DNA of 64,000 nt, from NCBI RefSeq assembly GCF_006345805.1, contig NC_042998.1, positions 20,956,001 to 21,020,000 of the forward strand. The letters run 5' to 3'. Below are positions 37,788 to 50,605 of the stretch, one piece after another. Every line of letters begins with the position of its first letter. The first letter of the stretch is position 1. The DNA comes from Octopus sinensis (Eukaryota). The notes under the pieces are model-generated. The model saw only the letters and a program-made list of their open reading frames with translations. It had not been told where the DNA came from and did no database searches. Position numbers and translations under genes: made by a program.

Positions 37788-38284
37788 CTTGGACATAGGT
37801 GTTGTGGGGGTGGGGTGGGGGCGAGAGTGTCTGTGTTGTTTACGAGATACATTTTCGAGCTTCCGTTGGGCTACGACGACCATTTATCTGAAACTGTTTG
37901 TGAAAGCTTGGGCGAAATTGTTTTCGCGGAAGACCGCATGCAGCATACTTTCGAATGGTACATGCTATCAATTCATACTTGCTGGTCTGTGACGGCTAGG
38001 TTTTTTTTATTAAAGAAATTCATGAAATCTTTCTTCGACATTGTGTCTTCGAAAATCAAAAGTCAAAAGAAGTTTCATACATTGCAACGTGAGTTATGCA
38101 GCAAAAGAAAAGAAAGAAAATATTTGGGATGGAATCCAATCAGTTTGATCCGTTTACAGTGGTTCCCACAGGGGGTGGTACTGCCTCACCCCCCCCCCGT
38201 GGGCGGCGGGAAGATCAAGATGGGCGTTGAAGAAAAGTGGGGGCAATTATAGGGTGACCAAAAGGGGTCTACGTTTGCAGTGCT

Positions 38285-38353
<69 letters not shown>

Positions 38354-38683
38354 ATGTTTGTGTGTGTGTTGGGGGGGCTAAGAATGTGGCTCGAGTGTCA
38401 AGGGGACGGCAGCCGGAAAAAGTTGGGGAACCACTGCTTTAATTGTTGTTGTTGTTGTTGTTCTTGTTGTTGTTGTTGTTCTTCTTCATCATCATCATCA
38501 TCATGTTCTTCTTTATCATCATCTTCTTCATCATCATCATCATCTTCTTCTTCGTCTTCTTGTTCATCATCATCATCATCATCTTCTTCTTCTTCTTCTT
38601 CTTCTTCTTTACGTCAGCACTTAAAAGCCTATTTCTTGTTTCTAATATCTAATGACCATTCCCATGTGTTATTTCATTTGAAG

Positions 38684-39121
38684 GTCGAAAAGCAGCGACT
38701 TCTAATAGAGGAGAGACGCCTCGCCGTGGAAGAGGAGCGGTTGTCCATAGAAAAAGAGTTACTGGCGTTAAAGAAACAACGTTTCAACGAAGAGAGACAA
38801 CAGGCTAGTCACATACAGAACTCAGCGCTAGGAATGTCCGCAAGCCATACCTCAACTGCTACAATACCGTCTACGCTAGTTGATTCTTCTATGTTAGAAG
38901 AGAATATATCTATACACAGCAGAGAAAGAACGGGTTCGGACAAGGACAAAAATTACCTCGATGAATTGCTCGTTAAAGAAGCAAATTTGAAGAAACTGGT
39001 TTCGAATCATTCCGAGGAGATCTCGAAAAGTGATTTTGGTGGAGGGAGATATGATATATTTGGTTTAGAAGACTCTGAAATATATACAGACTTTGAAGAC
39101 AGTGTTGGTATTTCGTATTAA
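38684..39121 (+). CDS. MSANTD4-like: Coding exon 2 of the same gene: coiled coil plus acidic C-terminus (145 aa + TAA)
   Basis: Acceptor TTTCATTTGAAG| ends at 38683 in phase 0. It encodes VEKQRLLIEERRLAVEEERLSIEKELLALKKQR, the E/K/R-L heptad typical of MSANTD4 C-termini, and joins in frame to ...EKLYR. The join is inferred; there is no transcript evidence. Confidence 0.78.
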   Translation, partial: VEKQRLLIEERRLAVEEERLSIEKELLALKKQRFNEERQQASHIQNSALGMSASHTSTATIPSTLVDSSMLEENISIHSRERTGSDKDKNYLDELLVKEANLKKLVSNHSEEISKSDFGGGRYDIFGLEDSEIYTDFEDSVGISY

Positions 39122-39256
39122 ATTTGTGATGAAAAACAAAAACAAAAATCTGGTTCTGTTGTCATTTCTTTCTGAAAAATCGTTTTTATATATTGTTTTT
39201 AAGTATGGTATAATTGCATGTAATCTACATACATACATACATACATACATGCATAC

Positions 39257-39287
<31 letters not shown>

Positions 39288-39635
39288 CATACATACATAC
39301 ACACATACACACATACACACATACATACATACATACATACATGCATACATACATACATACATACATACATACATACATACATACACACATACACACATAC
39401 ATACATACATACATACATGCATACATACACACATACACACATACACACATACATACATACATACATGCATACATACATACATACATACATACATACATAC
39501 ATACATACATACATACATACATACATAAACTTTCCAGAAGTTTTTCATTTAAATATATATGAGCATGTCTAAATATGCAAATATATGTAAGAGAATACAT
39601 ACATAATGCAAAACATACAAATCTGCACACACACA

Positions 39636-39701
<66 letters not shown>

Positions 39702-41299
39702 GCAAAATAGCTAGTTGTAAAATCTCAAGAAGAGATCAGAGAGTAACTATACTAACAAGTAAAGACAATCACCACATCAAAGTGGCTGTTCCTTGTTACT
39801 ACTAGTTTAACTCAAGGTAGATCTTCCGTCAGTTGGTTATCGGTGCGATGCTGCACCCTTTATATACAATATATCTTGCTAGCAAGGGGAGCGATCCCCT
39901 ACCATCCTCTAGTAGACAACAGGATCGCGAGATCGCTCTGGTGTCCGGGTGCTCACAAATGAGGACGAGCCAAGTGGCTCGAAACGGAGTCAGTCTCACA
40001 ATACTCGAAACGTTAACAACAACTCCCTCCTTTCACCGAGCGTCTTTTTTTTTTAATTGTTTGTTTCTTTGAATTGACTATATATCTGAACATATATATT
40101 CCTTTACTGTCCAGAAGGGGCTAAACATAGAGGGGACAAACAAGAACAGACGAAGGGATTGAGTCGATTATATCGCCCCCAGTGCGAAACTGGTACTTTA
40201 TTTATCGATCCCGAAAGGATGAAAGGCCAAGTCGACCTCGGCGGAATTTGAACTCACAACGTAACGGCAGACGAAATACCTCTAAGCATTTCGCCCGGCG
40301 CGCTAACGTATCTGCCAGCTCGCCGCCTTCCGTACAAAAGTATTAACAGGTAGTCGATAGATATCAATCAGTTTATAAAATACCAGCTCAAAAACCGCAC
40401 TCCGTGCGGACTTTCAAGCTGGCTACTGCAGAGGGCTAATTGGGCCTCAGGCCCCAAACTAAAGAGAGCTAAGTAGCATGACTATAGTATATCTATAATG
40501 ACTATATACCCCAGTGGGGTTTGATCAGAGGTTAAGGACGGACGAAAATTAATTCCGTAATACAATCATTCTATTGCTCCAATCACAAATTGAATTCCAA
40601 CTGTTCACCAATTTGTCGCAAAGTTCTAATCTTGTCATAAAATTAACAAAGCAAATGTCATTTATCTCCCCCATTGATCTCTGACGTCATCTAGCAAACG
40701 CCACCAAGATGGCTTGAATCAGCCAAGTTTTCCCTGAGAGAAATAACAACCTAAATGCTTTTAAAGCAGATCCCAATGCTGGATGTTGAAGAACCAAACG
40801 AATGGCAGAATTTCAATCCTGGCGTCATCCTGATTCCAAAAATGCTTAGCATGTCTATGTAGAGCAAATGTAGGCTGAGATACAGGGGTCCCAGACGAAC
40901 AGACAGAATTTCGCTTTTATTATTTAGAAGTAAAAAAAAAGAAAAACAAAACATAAACTAACTTGATACCTATCGACTGCCAGTTTATGCTTTTGTATCA
41001 TCATATATATGTATGTATGTGTGCTATGGCGGAGGAACTCTTGAAGTCAACGGCCATCCATAAATGTCTTAAGGCTGTATCATGCGCGGGGACATAGAAA
41101 TAATTACTGAATACCCGATCGCGCGGTTAAACCATTGGGAGTGAAGACTCTAGCCTTTGTTGGGCATCCTTCTCACAAGGCTTTGGTCGGCCCAGGACTA
41201 TAGTAGAAGACACTTGCACAAGGTGCCACGCTTCGGGACTGAACCCAGAACCGTGTGGCTGGTAAGTAAGCTACTTACCACACAGCCACTCCTACGCCT

Positions 41300-41312
41300 T
41301 ATATATAATATA

Positions 41313-41351
<39 letters not shown>

Positions 41352-41529
41352 TATAATATATAATATATATATATAATATTGTATAATATATATGTATATA
41401 TATATATGTATATATATATAGTGTATATATATATAATATATACTATATATATATATATATATAAATGTATATATATATATATATTATATATATATGTATA
41501 TATTATATGTATATATATATATATATAGA

Positions 41530-41573
<44 letters not shown>

Positions 41574-41574
41574 C

Positions 41575-41608
<34 letters not shown>

Positions 41609-41686
41609 GTATGTATGTATGTATATATATATATATATATATATGTATTTATGTATGTTATATATATATATAGTATGTATGTAATG

Positions 41687-41721
<35 letters not shown>

Positions 41722-41772
41722 TATATAATATATATATATTATGTATGTATATATATAATATATGTATGTATG

Positions 41773-41804
<32 letters not shown>

Positions 41805-41843
41805 GTATGTATATATTATATATATATATATTATATGTATTTA

Positions 41844-41878
<35 letters not shown>

Positions 41879-41930
41879 TATATATAATATAATATATATA
41901 TATATATATTATATATATATAATATATAAT
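41300..41930. repeat. About 630-bp (TA)n/(TATG) array
   Basis: Direct inspection. Confidence 0.95.
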
Positions 41931-42000
41931 CAAAAATTCGACCAAGCAGTATTCGGTATGTAAGACCATTTACGGTATATTTGAAGTATTAATTTATAAA

Positions 42001-42230
42001 AATTCACTTTACCACCACACGAACTTTTCAGAAATAGCAGCCAAAAATTTGGCTATTTCTTCAACTGCAAATAAAAGTCTCCAGACAATGCATACTCAGA
42101 AAAATACCTTATACCTATGTGAGTTATTTTTCTGAGTATGCATTGTCTGGATGACTTTTATTTGCAGTTGAAGAAATAGCCAAATTTTTGGCTGCTATTT
42201 CTGAAAAGTTCGGTGGTGGTAAAGTGAATT
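42001..42230. repeat. Near-perfect palindrome with about 106-bp arms and an 18-nt spacer
   Basis: 42001-42106 versus 42125-42230. Confidence 0.92.
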
Positions 42231-42286
42231 CTTTTACTTTACCATATTTTTTATAAATATATATATATATATGTATGTTATATATA

Positions 42287-42366
<80 letters not shown>

Positions 42367-42702
42367 TATAGGTATGTATGTTACATATATACATTCGCGC
42401 GCACATACACACACACACAATATATATATGCATAATACGTATAATGTGTATTTGGAGAGAGCAAGGAGGAGAGAAAAGAATAAATTATATCTTGTTCAAC
42501 AATTGATTTCAATAATGCTAATAGAAACCCTGACTGTGAATCCGGAATCTTAAAAAGGGATTGACGTAAAAAAGGTTCACGTAATCCAATCACATTGTCC
42601 AATACCCGTTCAGTAAACGATTTAGGTTAAATATTTCCTACTTTCAGTTTATTCTATACTTCAAAGAAATTGTTCATACGTAATAAGTGAAAATTTCTTA
42701 AT

Positions 42703-43085
42703 CAGGAGTGGCTGTGTGGTTAAGTAGCTTGCTAACCAACCACATGGTTCGGGTTCAGTCCACTGCGTGGCATCTTGGGCAAGGGTCTTCTGCTATAGCC
42801 CGGTGGGGCCCCGACATGCCTTGTCAGTGGATTTGGTAGACGGAACTGAAAGAAGCCTGTCGTATATATGTATATATTATATAAGTGTGTGTGTATATGT
42901 TTGTGTGTCTGTGTTTGTACCCCTAGCATTGCTTGACAACAATGCTGGTGTGTTAAGCTCCGTCACTTAGCGGTTCGGCAAAAGAGACGATAGAATAAGT
43001 CCCGGGGGTCGATTTGCTCGACTAAATGCGGTGCTCCAGCATGGCCGCAGTCAAATGACTGAAACAAGTAAAAGAGTAAAAGAGT
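42703..43085 (+). mobile_element. SINE family B
   Basis: Same layout as 19497-19925. Confidence 0.88.
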
Positions 43086-43654
43086 ACCAAATATCAACCT
43101 GTTTTCCGTCATTTTTATGAATATATATTTTTTTACTGATCTCTGCTGAGCTCTACTGGTTGGGTACAAAACGATTTTAGAAAAGAAAAGAAAAAGATAC
43201 AAATAAATCTTTTCTACTCTAGGTACAAGGTCCGAAATTTTTGGGGAGGAGGTCAGTCGATTGGATCGACCGCAGTATGCAACTGGTACTTAATTTACTG
43301 CAACTACAGTGCAATCATTTGATTTTTCTTTGTTGTTGTTCTTAAAAGTATTCATTTTCAACTGTCTACAAACACAGCCAGGTTGAAAACAATGCATTCT
43401 TCCAGGAGTGAATAAAAAATTCTCAAACTTGAGGGGATGGGCCCCTAAGATACTAACATGAGCTCCTATGTATGGATTCTAATGGCGTAGGGCCCCACTT
43501 GCCATCGAGTAAGCTGGCAACCTGGGCAGTCCGCCACTGATTGTATGTTTTTACTTATAAGAGACAAGAAAAATATTTTGTCATATCGAATTTCTAAATA
43601 TGTGAGGGACCTTGTTTAAGTTAGGTCTATCGGATACTCTCTCTCTCTTTTAAT

Positions 43655-44056
43655 CTTTTACTCTTTTACTTGTTTCAGTCATTTAACTGCGACCATGCTG
43701 GAGCACCGCCTTTAGTCGAATCAAATCGACCCCAGGACTTATTCTTTGTAAGCCTAGTACTTATTCTATCGGTCTGTTTTGCCGAACCGCTAAGTTACAG
43801 GGACGTACACACATCAGCATCGGTTGTCAAGCGATGTTGTGGGGACAAACACAGACAGACAAACATACACAGGCACACAAACACACACACACACATACAT
43901 ATATACGACGTGCTTCTTTCAGTTTCCGTCTACCAAATCCACTCACAAGGCTTTGGTCGGCTCGAGGCTATAGTAGAAGACACTTGCCCAAGGCGCCACG
44001 CAGTGGGTTTGAACCCGGAACCATGTGGTTGGTAAGCAAGCTACTTACGACACAAC
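43655..44056 (-). mobile_element. SINE family B
   Basis: Same layout, reverse orientation. Confidence 0.88.
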
Positions 44057-44627
44057 CAAATTTTTTTTGTTTTTTAAGTGATTTTGAACTTGTCCACAAA
44101 ACGAGTGCAACAGTCATTTAACATTTCTTATTGATAATATTACGAAATGTATCTTCAGCGGAAACCATACGAATTTACTAAAAAGGATCATTGCATTATT
44201 TCTTTTATGTTATCGTGGAAAATATGAAATAAAATGAATTAGTTGACATATTTTTCTGCTTTTGATTGACTGCATTTAAACAGTCAATTATGGATTTCGA
44301 AACGGGGGCCTTGATATATGACAAGAAAAATTCGATAAACATTAAAATGGTTGCACGAATGTTTTAATTGGTTTTTGTTTCGTTTTTCCAGTCTGTTACC
44401 CACCGCATTTCATTATCTGGTAAGCTGAGCATATCCTTCTTTTTGGACCATCATTTGATGCTACCATGTAATGCTAACATTGGACAATCTAATAGAGTGA
44501 CTTCAAATACTCATTACTGCAAACACGGACAAAAAAAGAAAGAAAAAAACCCGAAAATCTTATTGAATATTAGTTGACGTACGTTTGAACATGATCTTCA
44601 AGGTAAACACGCACACACAGACACACA

Positions 44628-44686
<59 letters not shown>

Positions 44687-44836
44687 ACACACACACACAC
44701 ACACATACACACACACACAAAGCAATTTACGAACATGGCAAAATTTGAGGAAATGAGATCTATTGACAGTTTGTTAGTGGGTATTTGACTGATAAAACGA
44801 AATCTCCGCGATTATAGGGTCATGGACGTCAGATTC

Positions 44837-45108
44837 TTTTTGAAACGCAAGATCTCGAATTCCGTTGATGGAACTTAGGGACGAAGATCTGTTCGGAGAA
44901 CCTGTCGGAGGCAGAGAGGAACCAGGACACGAAAAAAACAAAACAAAAAAAAAGTAAAAACCCCAAACCCTATTTTTGAAACGCAAGATCTCGAATTTCG
45001 TTGATGGAACTTAGGGACGAGGATCTGTTCGGAGAACCTGTCGGAAGCAGAGAGGAACCAGGACACGAAAAAAACAAAACAAAAAAAAAGTAAAAACTCC
45101 AAACCCTA
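44837..45108. repeat. Direct tandem duplication, 2 x 136 bp
   Basis: TGAAACGCAAGATCTCGAAT recurs at 44841 and 44977. Confidence 0.9.
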
Positions 45109-46214
45109 TAAAAAAAAAACAAAAAAGAACCAACAAAAACCCTATAAAAAACCGGAACAGTTAGACATTGGGCAGCATGAAGGTTGACTGAAGCATAATT
45201 TGGATTGCTTTTCGGTGCTACTTTGGTGTGTGATCTGCAACTTCAAGGACAATTACTTTAGGTTAGTTTTTAGTTTCTTTACGTTGCAAAACACGCGGCT
45301 GCCAAACTTGTGTGATCTATGCGCTCATCTTAATTATCATATTGTTTATTCTTTGTTTCTTCTTCTTATTTACTAAGACATAAACGAAACAGGGTTTTGT
45401 TATTATCAAAATAGTAAGAATTTTGAAAAAATACATTTATAATTCTAAGTATGAACATAAGAATTTATCTTTAAAGATCTTTAACCAACATTTTAAGGGG
45501 TTTTAGAAATTGAAAAGTAAACGAAAAAGTAACCTAAATAATCGCCCTTTATGTTGTCGATCACACGCCGAAGTAGCACCTGCATTTCAATTAAAGCGAT
45601 TTGAAAAAAGGGTACAGTAAGTTCTCGAATAATAAGAACACATACTTCTAGTAAAATTGTTTCGTTTACATCATTTCAGTAAAGGAAATAAATTGATACA
45701 TTGAAAAATAAAAAGAGAATTAAAACAAAGAGAACCCTGGGTTATATTTACATTTATTTCAAGTAAGATATTTATTAAAAAACTTCGATATTATTCAATG
45801 AATAACAATCAAATTAAACGGAAAAATAAACTGAACTTCTGTGGCTTTTTCATATTAAATCACATAGCTACGTGCAAAAGCTTTTTTATAAACTGAAAAG
45901 GACCCGATCCGTATTTGAGAAAGTATTTCTTAATGTGGAATTTGAGGAAATATTAAAGAAACAGTTTCCCACGTCCTCTCTTCTTTTCAGTTCGAAATAA
46001 TGTCAGCTTGTGAAACAATCTGAGCTTGTTTTGTTCTACTTTATTTTTGGGTGTCATTCAATAATTAGTTGACTCATCGCCTTTGCAGTCCACTCAACTG
46101 TTCTGAATTTCTAAATAATTTTAAAAGGTAAAAGCAAATGACCACAAATGAATTGAGTAAGGAAAGGAAGCCATTTAATTAACGGGAAGCTTCACAAGAG
46201 GGATTATATGGCAC

Positions 46215-47090
46215 CAGTGATGGCTCCTGTATAGGCATTACGGAGCTGCGGCACCCCCTATTTCCACTCGATATCATCGATAACATTCAATATAATGAGT
46301 TCTTATTCCTTTAATTCTTTCTTTATACTTGTACATTATATAATCGTTAAGCTAAATGTCAGTAGCCATACTCTAGTTTATGAGAAAAATACAAAAATCT
46401 TCACATGTTCGAGATAGGAAGCTAGACGCTAGGGAGAGAGAGCACTGTCGTTTACGCACTGTGCTGGTGAAAGGTAGTATTTCTTTAAGGCGGCGATCTG
46501 GCAGAAACGTTAGCACGCCGGGCGAAATGCTCAGCGGTATTTCGTCTGCCGTTACGTTCTGAGTTCAAATTCCGCCGAGGTCGACTTTGCCTTTCATCCT
46601 TTCGGGGTCGATAAATTAAGTACCAGTTATACATTGGGGTCGATATAATCGACTTAATCCCTTTGTCTGTCCTTGTTTGTCCTCTCTGTGTTTAGCCCCC
46701 TTGTGGGTAGGAAAGAAATAGATAGTATTTCTTTTTGACCCGCGTGTGTTGTGCTTAAAAACGTGTTTATATTCTTGAGTGTGATAAAGTGTAAAATTAG
46801 ATAATTATTCTGCTTCCAGTTATAGTGTTGTTACCAGGATCTAAAAAAATAGGGCAGATTTCCCTCCTTTATCTTGTGATTTAGTAGGGATTTTTGAAAA
46901 ACAAGGGGGAATTCGCGGCGGTGTTCAGTGAACAAATTAAACACACTACTCGGCAGTAGCTAAAACGCGAACCGGTCAAGTTTATCTATAAATTTTGTTT
47001 TTATATGTTTCCTGTTACACAATATTAAAACAACGGTAAACAATTTTCTGAAGCTGCACCCCAACTAATCTTATCTACGATCCGCCACTG
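46215..47090. mobile_element. hAT-like non-autonomous element with an 8-bp TSD and a SINE inside
   Basis: TSD TATGGCAC at 46207-46214 and 47091-47098. The termini are CAGTG...CACTG. Confidence 0.75.
46487..46722 (+). mobile_element. SINE family A, full length
   Basis: TSD TAGTATTTCTTT on both sides. Confidence 0.9.
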
Positions 47091-47509
47091 TATGGCACCA
47101 TCTCTAATCTGGCGCACTCGCACATCTGAGTTCCTTCCTTTCATCACTCATATCGAAAATTTCAACCTAGATCCCACTCTCACTACATTACTCAGTCCTT
47201 CTGGAAAACGCCAACCTTTTGGAATTTATTTCCCATTCAGGTTTTAGTCCTCGTAGATGTCGAGTCGTAAGTGTTTAATCTGAACATCGGCCTTTAAAAT
47301 ATGATTTGTAATAAAGGGCCTGTTTTTCTCTCCTCTGATAAACAGTAAGTATCACTAGAATATACTTTCAGCAAAAGGGATGAATTGTTAATTTTATACG
47401 ACATTCACCACTCACACCAGAGAAAAATAGCCCCTCACCGTGCTTAATGAATCAAATTTGACTTTTATCCTCGTGAGATCGATAAAATAAAGTATCAATC
47501 AAGTATTCG

Positions 47510-48810
47510 GATCGATGAAATCGGCTATACCCTACAGCTGGATTTCATCGCATCTATCACTCCATCAATTTTCCTGCATCATCCGTAGCTTCCTCTGCAC
47601 TGTTGCTTTTACAGCCTTGAAATATGTAGCCACTGTCCTGTTCGTTGACATGTCAACATTTTGCAACATGTTAAATGCCTTTCGCTTCTCCTCTAAGATA
47701 AGATTAACTTTTTCCTCATTATCATCCAACCAATCTTGGTGGTTTTTTTACAACAAGGCCAAGAATGATACTACAAATCTCGTACACTATTTGAATGACT
47801 TCCAGCTTCCATCACAGGACAAATTATTTATCTCACTCACAAACTCACTGCGTACTGACGGAATCTTAAGTTTATTCACATCAATCAGTTTAGGTAATTT
47901 GACATTATTTGCTCTAACTTTACGCTTGACAACAAAATTCACCTTGGCACGCAAAAGCCTACAATCAGTCCAGCACTCTGCACCACGCATCACTCGTACA
48001 ATAGCAAAGTCCCTAGTATCTCCTTTCCTGGTGAGGATGTAATCTATACGATGCCATTTCTTAGAACCAGGGTGCATCCTTGTCGTTTTATACTTATTCT
48101 TTAGTCGAAACATTGTATTCATGACACACAAATCTATCTCTACGCACATTTGTAACAGTAGCAAACCATTACTGTTGGAACTCCCAAACCCCATGCTTTC
48201 CTAGGACACCCAAGGTCTCCCAATCTGCACCAACGCGAGCATTAAAATCACCCAAAATGACAACATTGTCATCATGGGCGATATTGCGTATGATTTCTGT
48301 AAGTGATAGATCGCAGGCAAGTTTATTATCCTCTGATGAATTCATAGTTGGAGCATATGCACTTGTGAGGGTTGCATAGCGACCTTTTCTTAATGGCAGC
48401 CTTATAGACATTAAATGATCCGAATGACCGCGTGGCAGTTCCTCAAGTTTTGATAGCAAATCCCACTCCTTATTCTCTCTTATAGGTCTCCTCTCTACTG
48501 TTCCAAAAGAAATGATATCCAGCAGATTTCTCTACGAAATCCCCACCAACCACAGAGCTTAAAATACAATATATACAGTACACACACAAACACTCCACTC
48601 CACAAATGCACGTAGTTGAATGACTGTTGACTACTTTGTAGTTCCTCCGCTCTTTGACGGATCTTATTTTTTGTCCCGCAGGGTGTTCAACAAGCACCCA
48701 CCTCACCAAGCAAGCCTGTTGGGGTTGCCAATTTAGTCGCCTACGACCCGACCATGGAACAAGTTGTACTGGACTACATGGTACCAGTAGCACTGAAGAG
48801 CGACATGGCA
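47510..48810 (-). mobile_element. RTE (BovB-like) LINE 5' part: UTR and APE endonuclease, internally deleted
   Basis: GVGFA, DHLMSIRLPL...SAYAPT, ILGDFNARVG, NGLLLLQMC, TTRMHPGSKKWHRIDYIL, ECWTDCRLL. Confidence 0.9.
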
Positions 48811-48814
48811 TAAC

Positions 48815-48895
48815 ATACATACATACATACATACATACATACATACATACATACATACATACGTACGTACGTACATACATACGTACGTGCGTACA

Positions 48896-48927
<32 letters not shown>

Positions 48928-49590
48928 CATACATACATACATACATACATACATACATACATACGTACATACATACATACGTACATACATACATACATAC
49001 ATACATACACACATACATACGTACATACATACATACATACATACATACATACGTACGTGCGTACATACATACGTACGTGCGTACATACATACATACATAC
49101 ATACATACACACACACACTCATACATACATACATACATACATACATACATACATACATACATACATACATACATACATACATACATACGTACATACATAC
49201 ATACGTACATACATACATACATACATACACACATACATACGTACATACATACATACATACATACATACATACATACATGCATACATACATACATACATAC
49301 ACAACATACATACATACATACATACATACATACATACATACATACGTACGTACGTACATACATACATACGTACGTACGTACATACATACATACATACATA
49401 CATACATACATACATACACACACACACTCATACATACATACATACATACATACATACGTACATACATACATACGTACATACATACATACATACATACATA
49501 CACACATACATACGTACATACATACATACATACATACATACATGCATACATACATACATACATACATACATACATACATACATTCATACA
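48815..49590. repeat. Long (TACA)n microsatellite with TACG/CACA variants
   Basis: Direct inspection. Similar arrays lie at 39225-39527 and 50154-50240. Confidence 0.95.
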
Positions 49591-50150
49591 TACATTATGG
49601 CGGCCCCCTCGTTATCGAGTATGGCCATTGCACGAATCTTAACTGTTACTGGTGCTGTGATCGAAAGTGACTTTTTAGCCCAGCCAAGGATCTACAATGT
49701 CTTGTACAAAATTGCCAACTGAAACCTTTACTGGTAACAGCCGGCTGTAGTTGTAACTGGGCTTCATGTACTATTGGATGTCGTTTAAGTCCTCCTGCCG
49801 AATTACACTGTCTTCCACATGCCCGACAGATATGAGTAGTATGGTGTGTTACACCACCACCAGTGGCCAGGTTGTCACTCATCTCTCTCGCTTTATGACT
49901 AAGAAGATGACTTTTGAGTGCAGCTTTACTGAGGCAGGATCTTGCACATACATTGCATATCAGCATCAAAGGAAGACCCTTCCCATATGGAAGTGTAACA
50001 GCGATGCCCTTCTTGACATCCCTCCTTACTTTCTCATGTGCAACTCGAGATTTCTTAAAAGTAGCTGTCCCCTCGTGCACAATCCTTCTCCACCTGCTAC
50101 GACCAATAGCTATGCCTTCCGTTCCGTAGCAGCTATTGATCGAAGGCATA
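49590..50150 (-). mobile_element. RTE LINE 3' end with three C2H2-like fingers and a (TATG)n tail
   Basis: RSRWRRIVHEGTATF is followed by CNVCARSCLSKAALKSHLLSH, CRACGRQCNSAGGLKRHPIVH and a decayed third finger (FCTRHCRSLAGLKSHFRSQH). Confidence 0.8.
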
Positions 50151-50470
50151 ACCATACATACATACATACATACATACATACATACATACATACATACATA
50201 CATACATACGTACATACATACATACGTACATAGTACGTACGTACATATATATATATATCTGTGTGTGTATGTATATATATATATATATAAATTTTTTTTC
50301 GTTATGAGATAAAAAACCAAAGCTGTATAGATTTTAGAACATTTATAAACGTTGAACCCCTTATTCGCATAATCACCGAACCTGGAACTTAAATACGACC
50401 CATCAATAGCACTTATTGAGCACCTGACACCTTTGGGGTCTCAATGACACCATTACCTCTCATAACCTAC

Positions 50471-50501
<31 letters not shown>

Positions 50502-50502
50502 A

Positions 50503-50605
<103 letters not shown>

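Noticed and set aside
38291-38683. N-terminal 131 aa of the 276-aa ORF
   Set aside because: It is (TG)n/(TGT)n/(TCA)n read-through upstream of the acceptor at 38683.
40759-40866. Small ORF MLLKQIPMLDVEEPNEWQ...
   Set aside because: It is only 35 codons, with no recognisable homology and no open spliced frame.
48470-49722. Long ORFs of 220-373 aa (YVCM/HTYI repeats); likewise 39093-39705, 15783-16487, 2865-3425 and the IYIY/CVCV ORFs
   Set aside because: These are stop-free translations of microsatellites and CT-rich tracts.
49646-50320. Host C2H2 zinc-finger gene
   Set aside because: It is preceded by the RTE RSRWRRIV motif, bounded by TATG arrays, and its ORF start lies in a microsatellite. 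It is a LINE 3' end.
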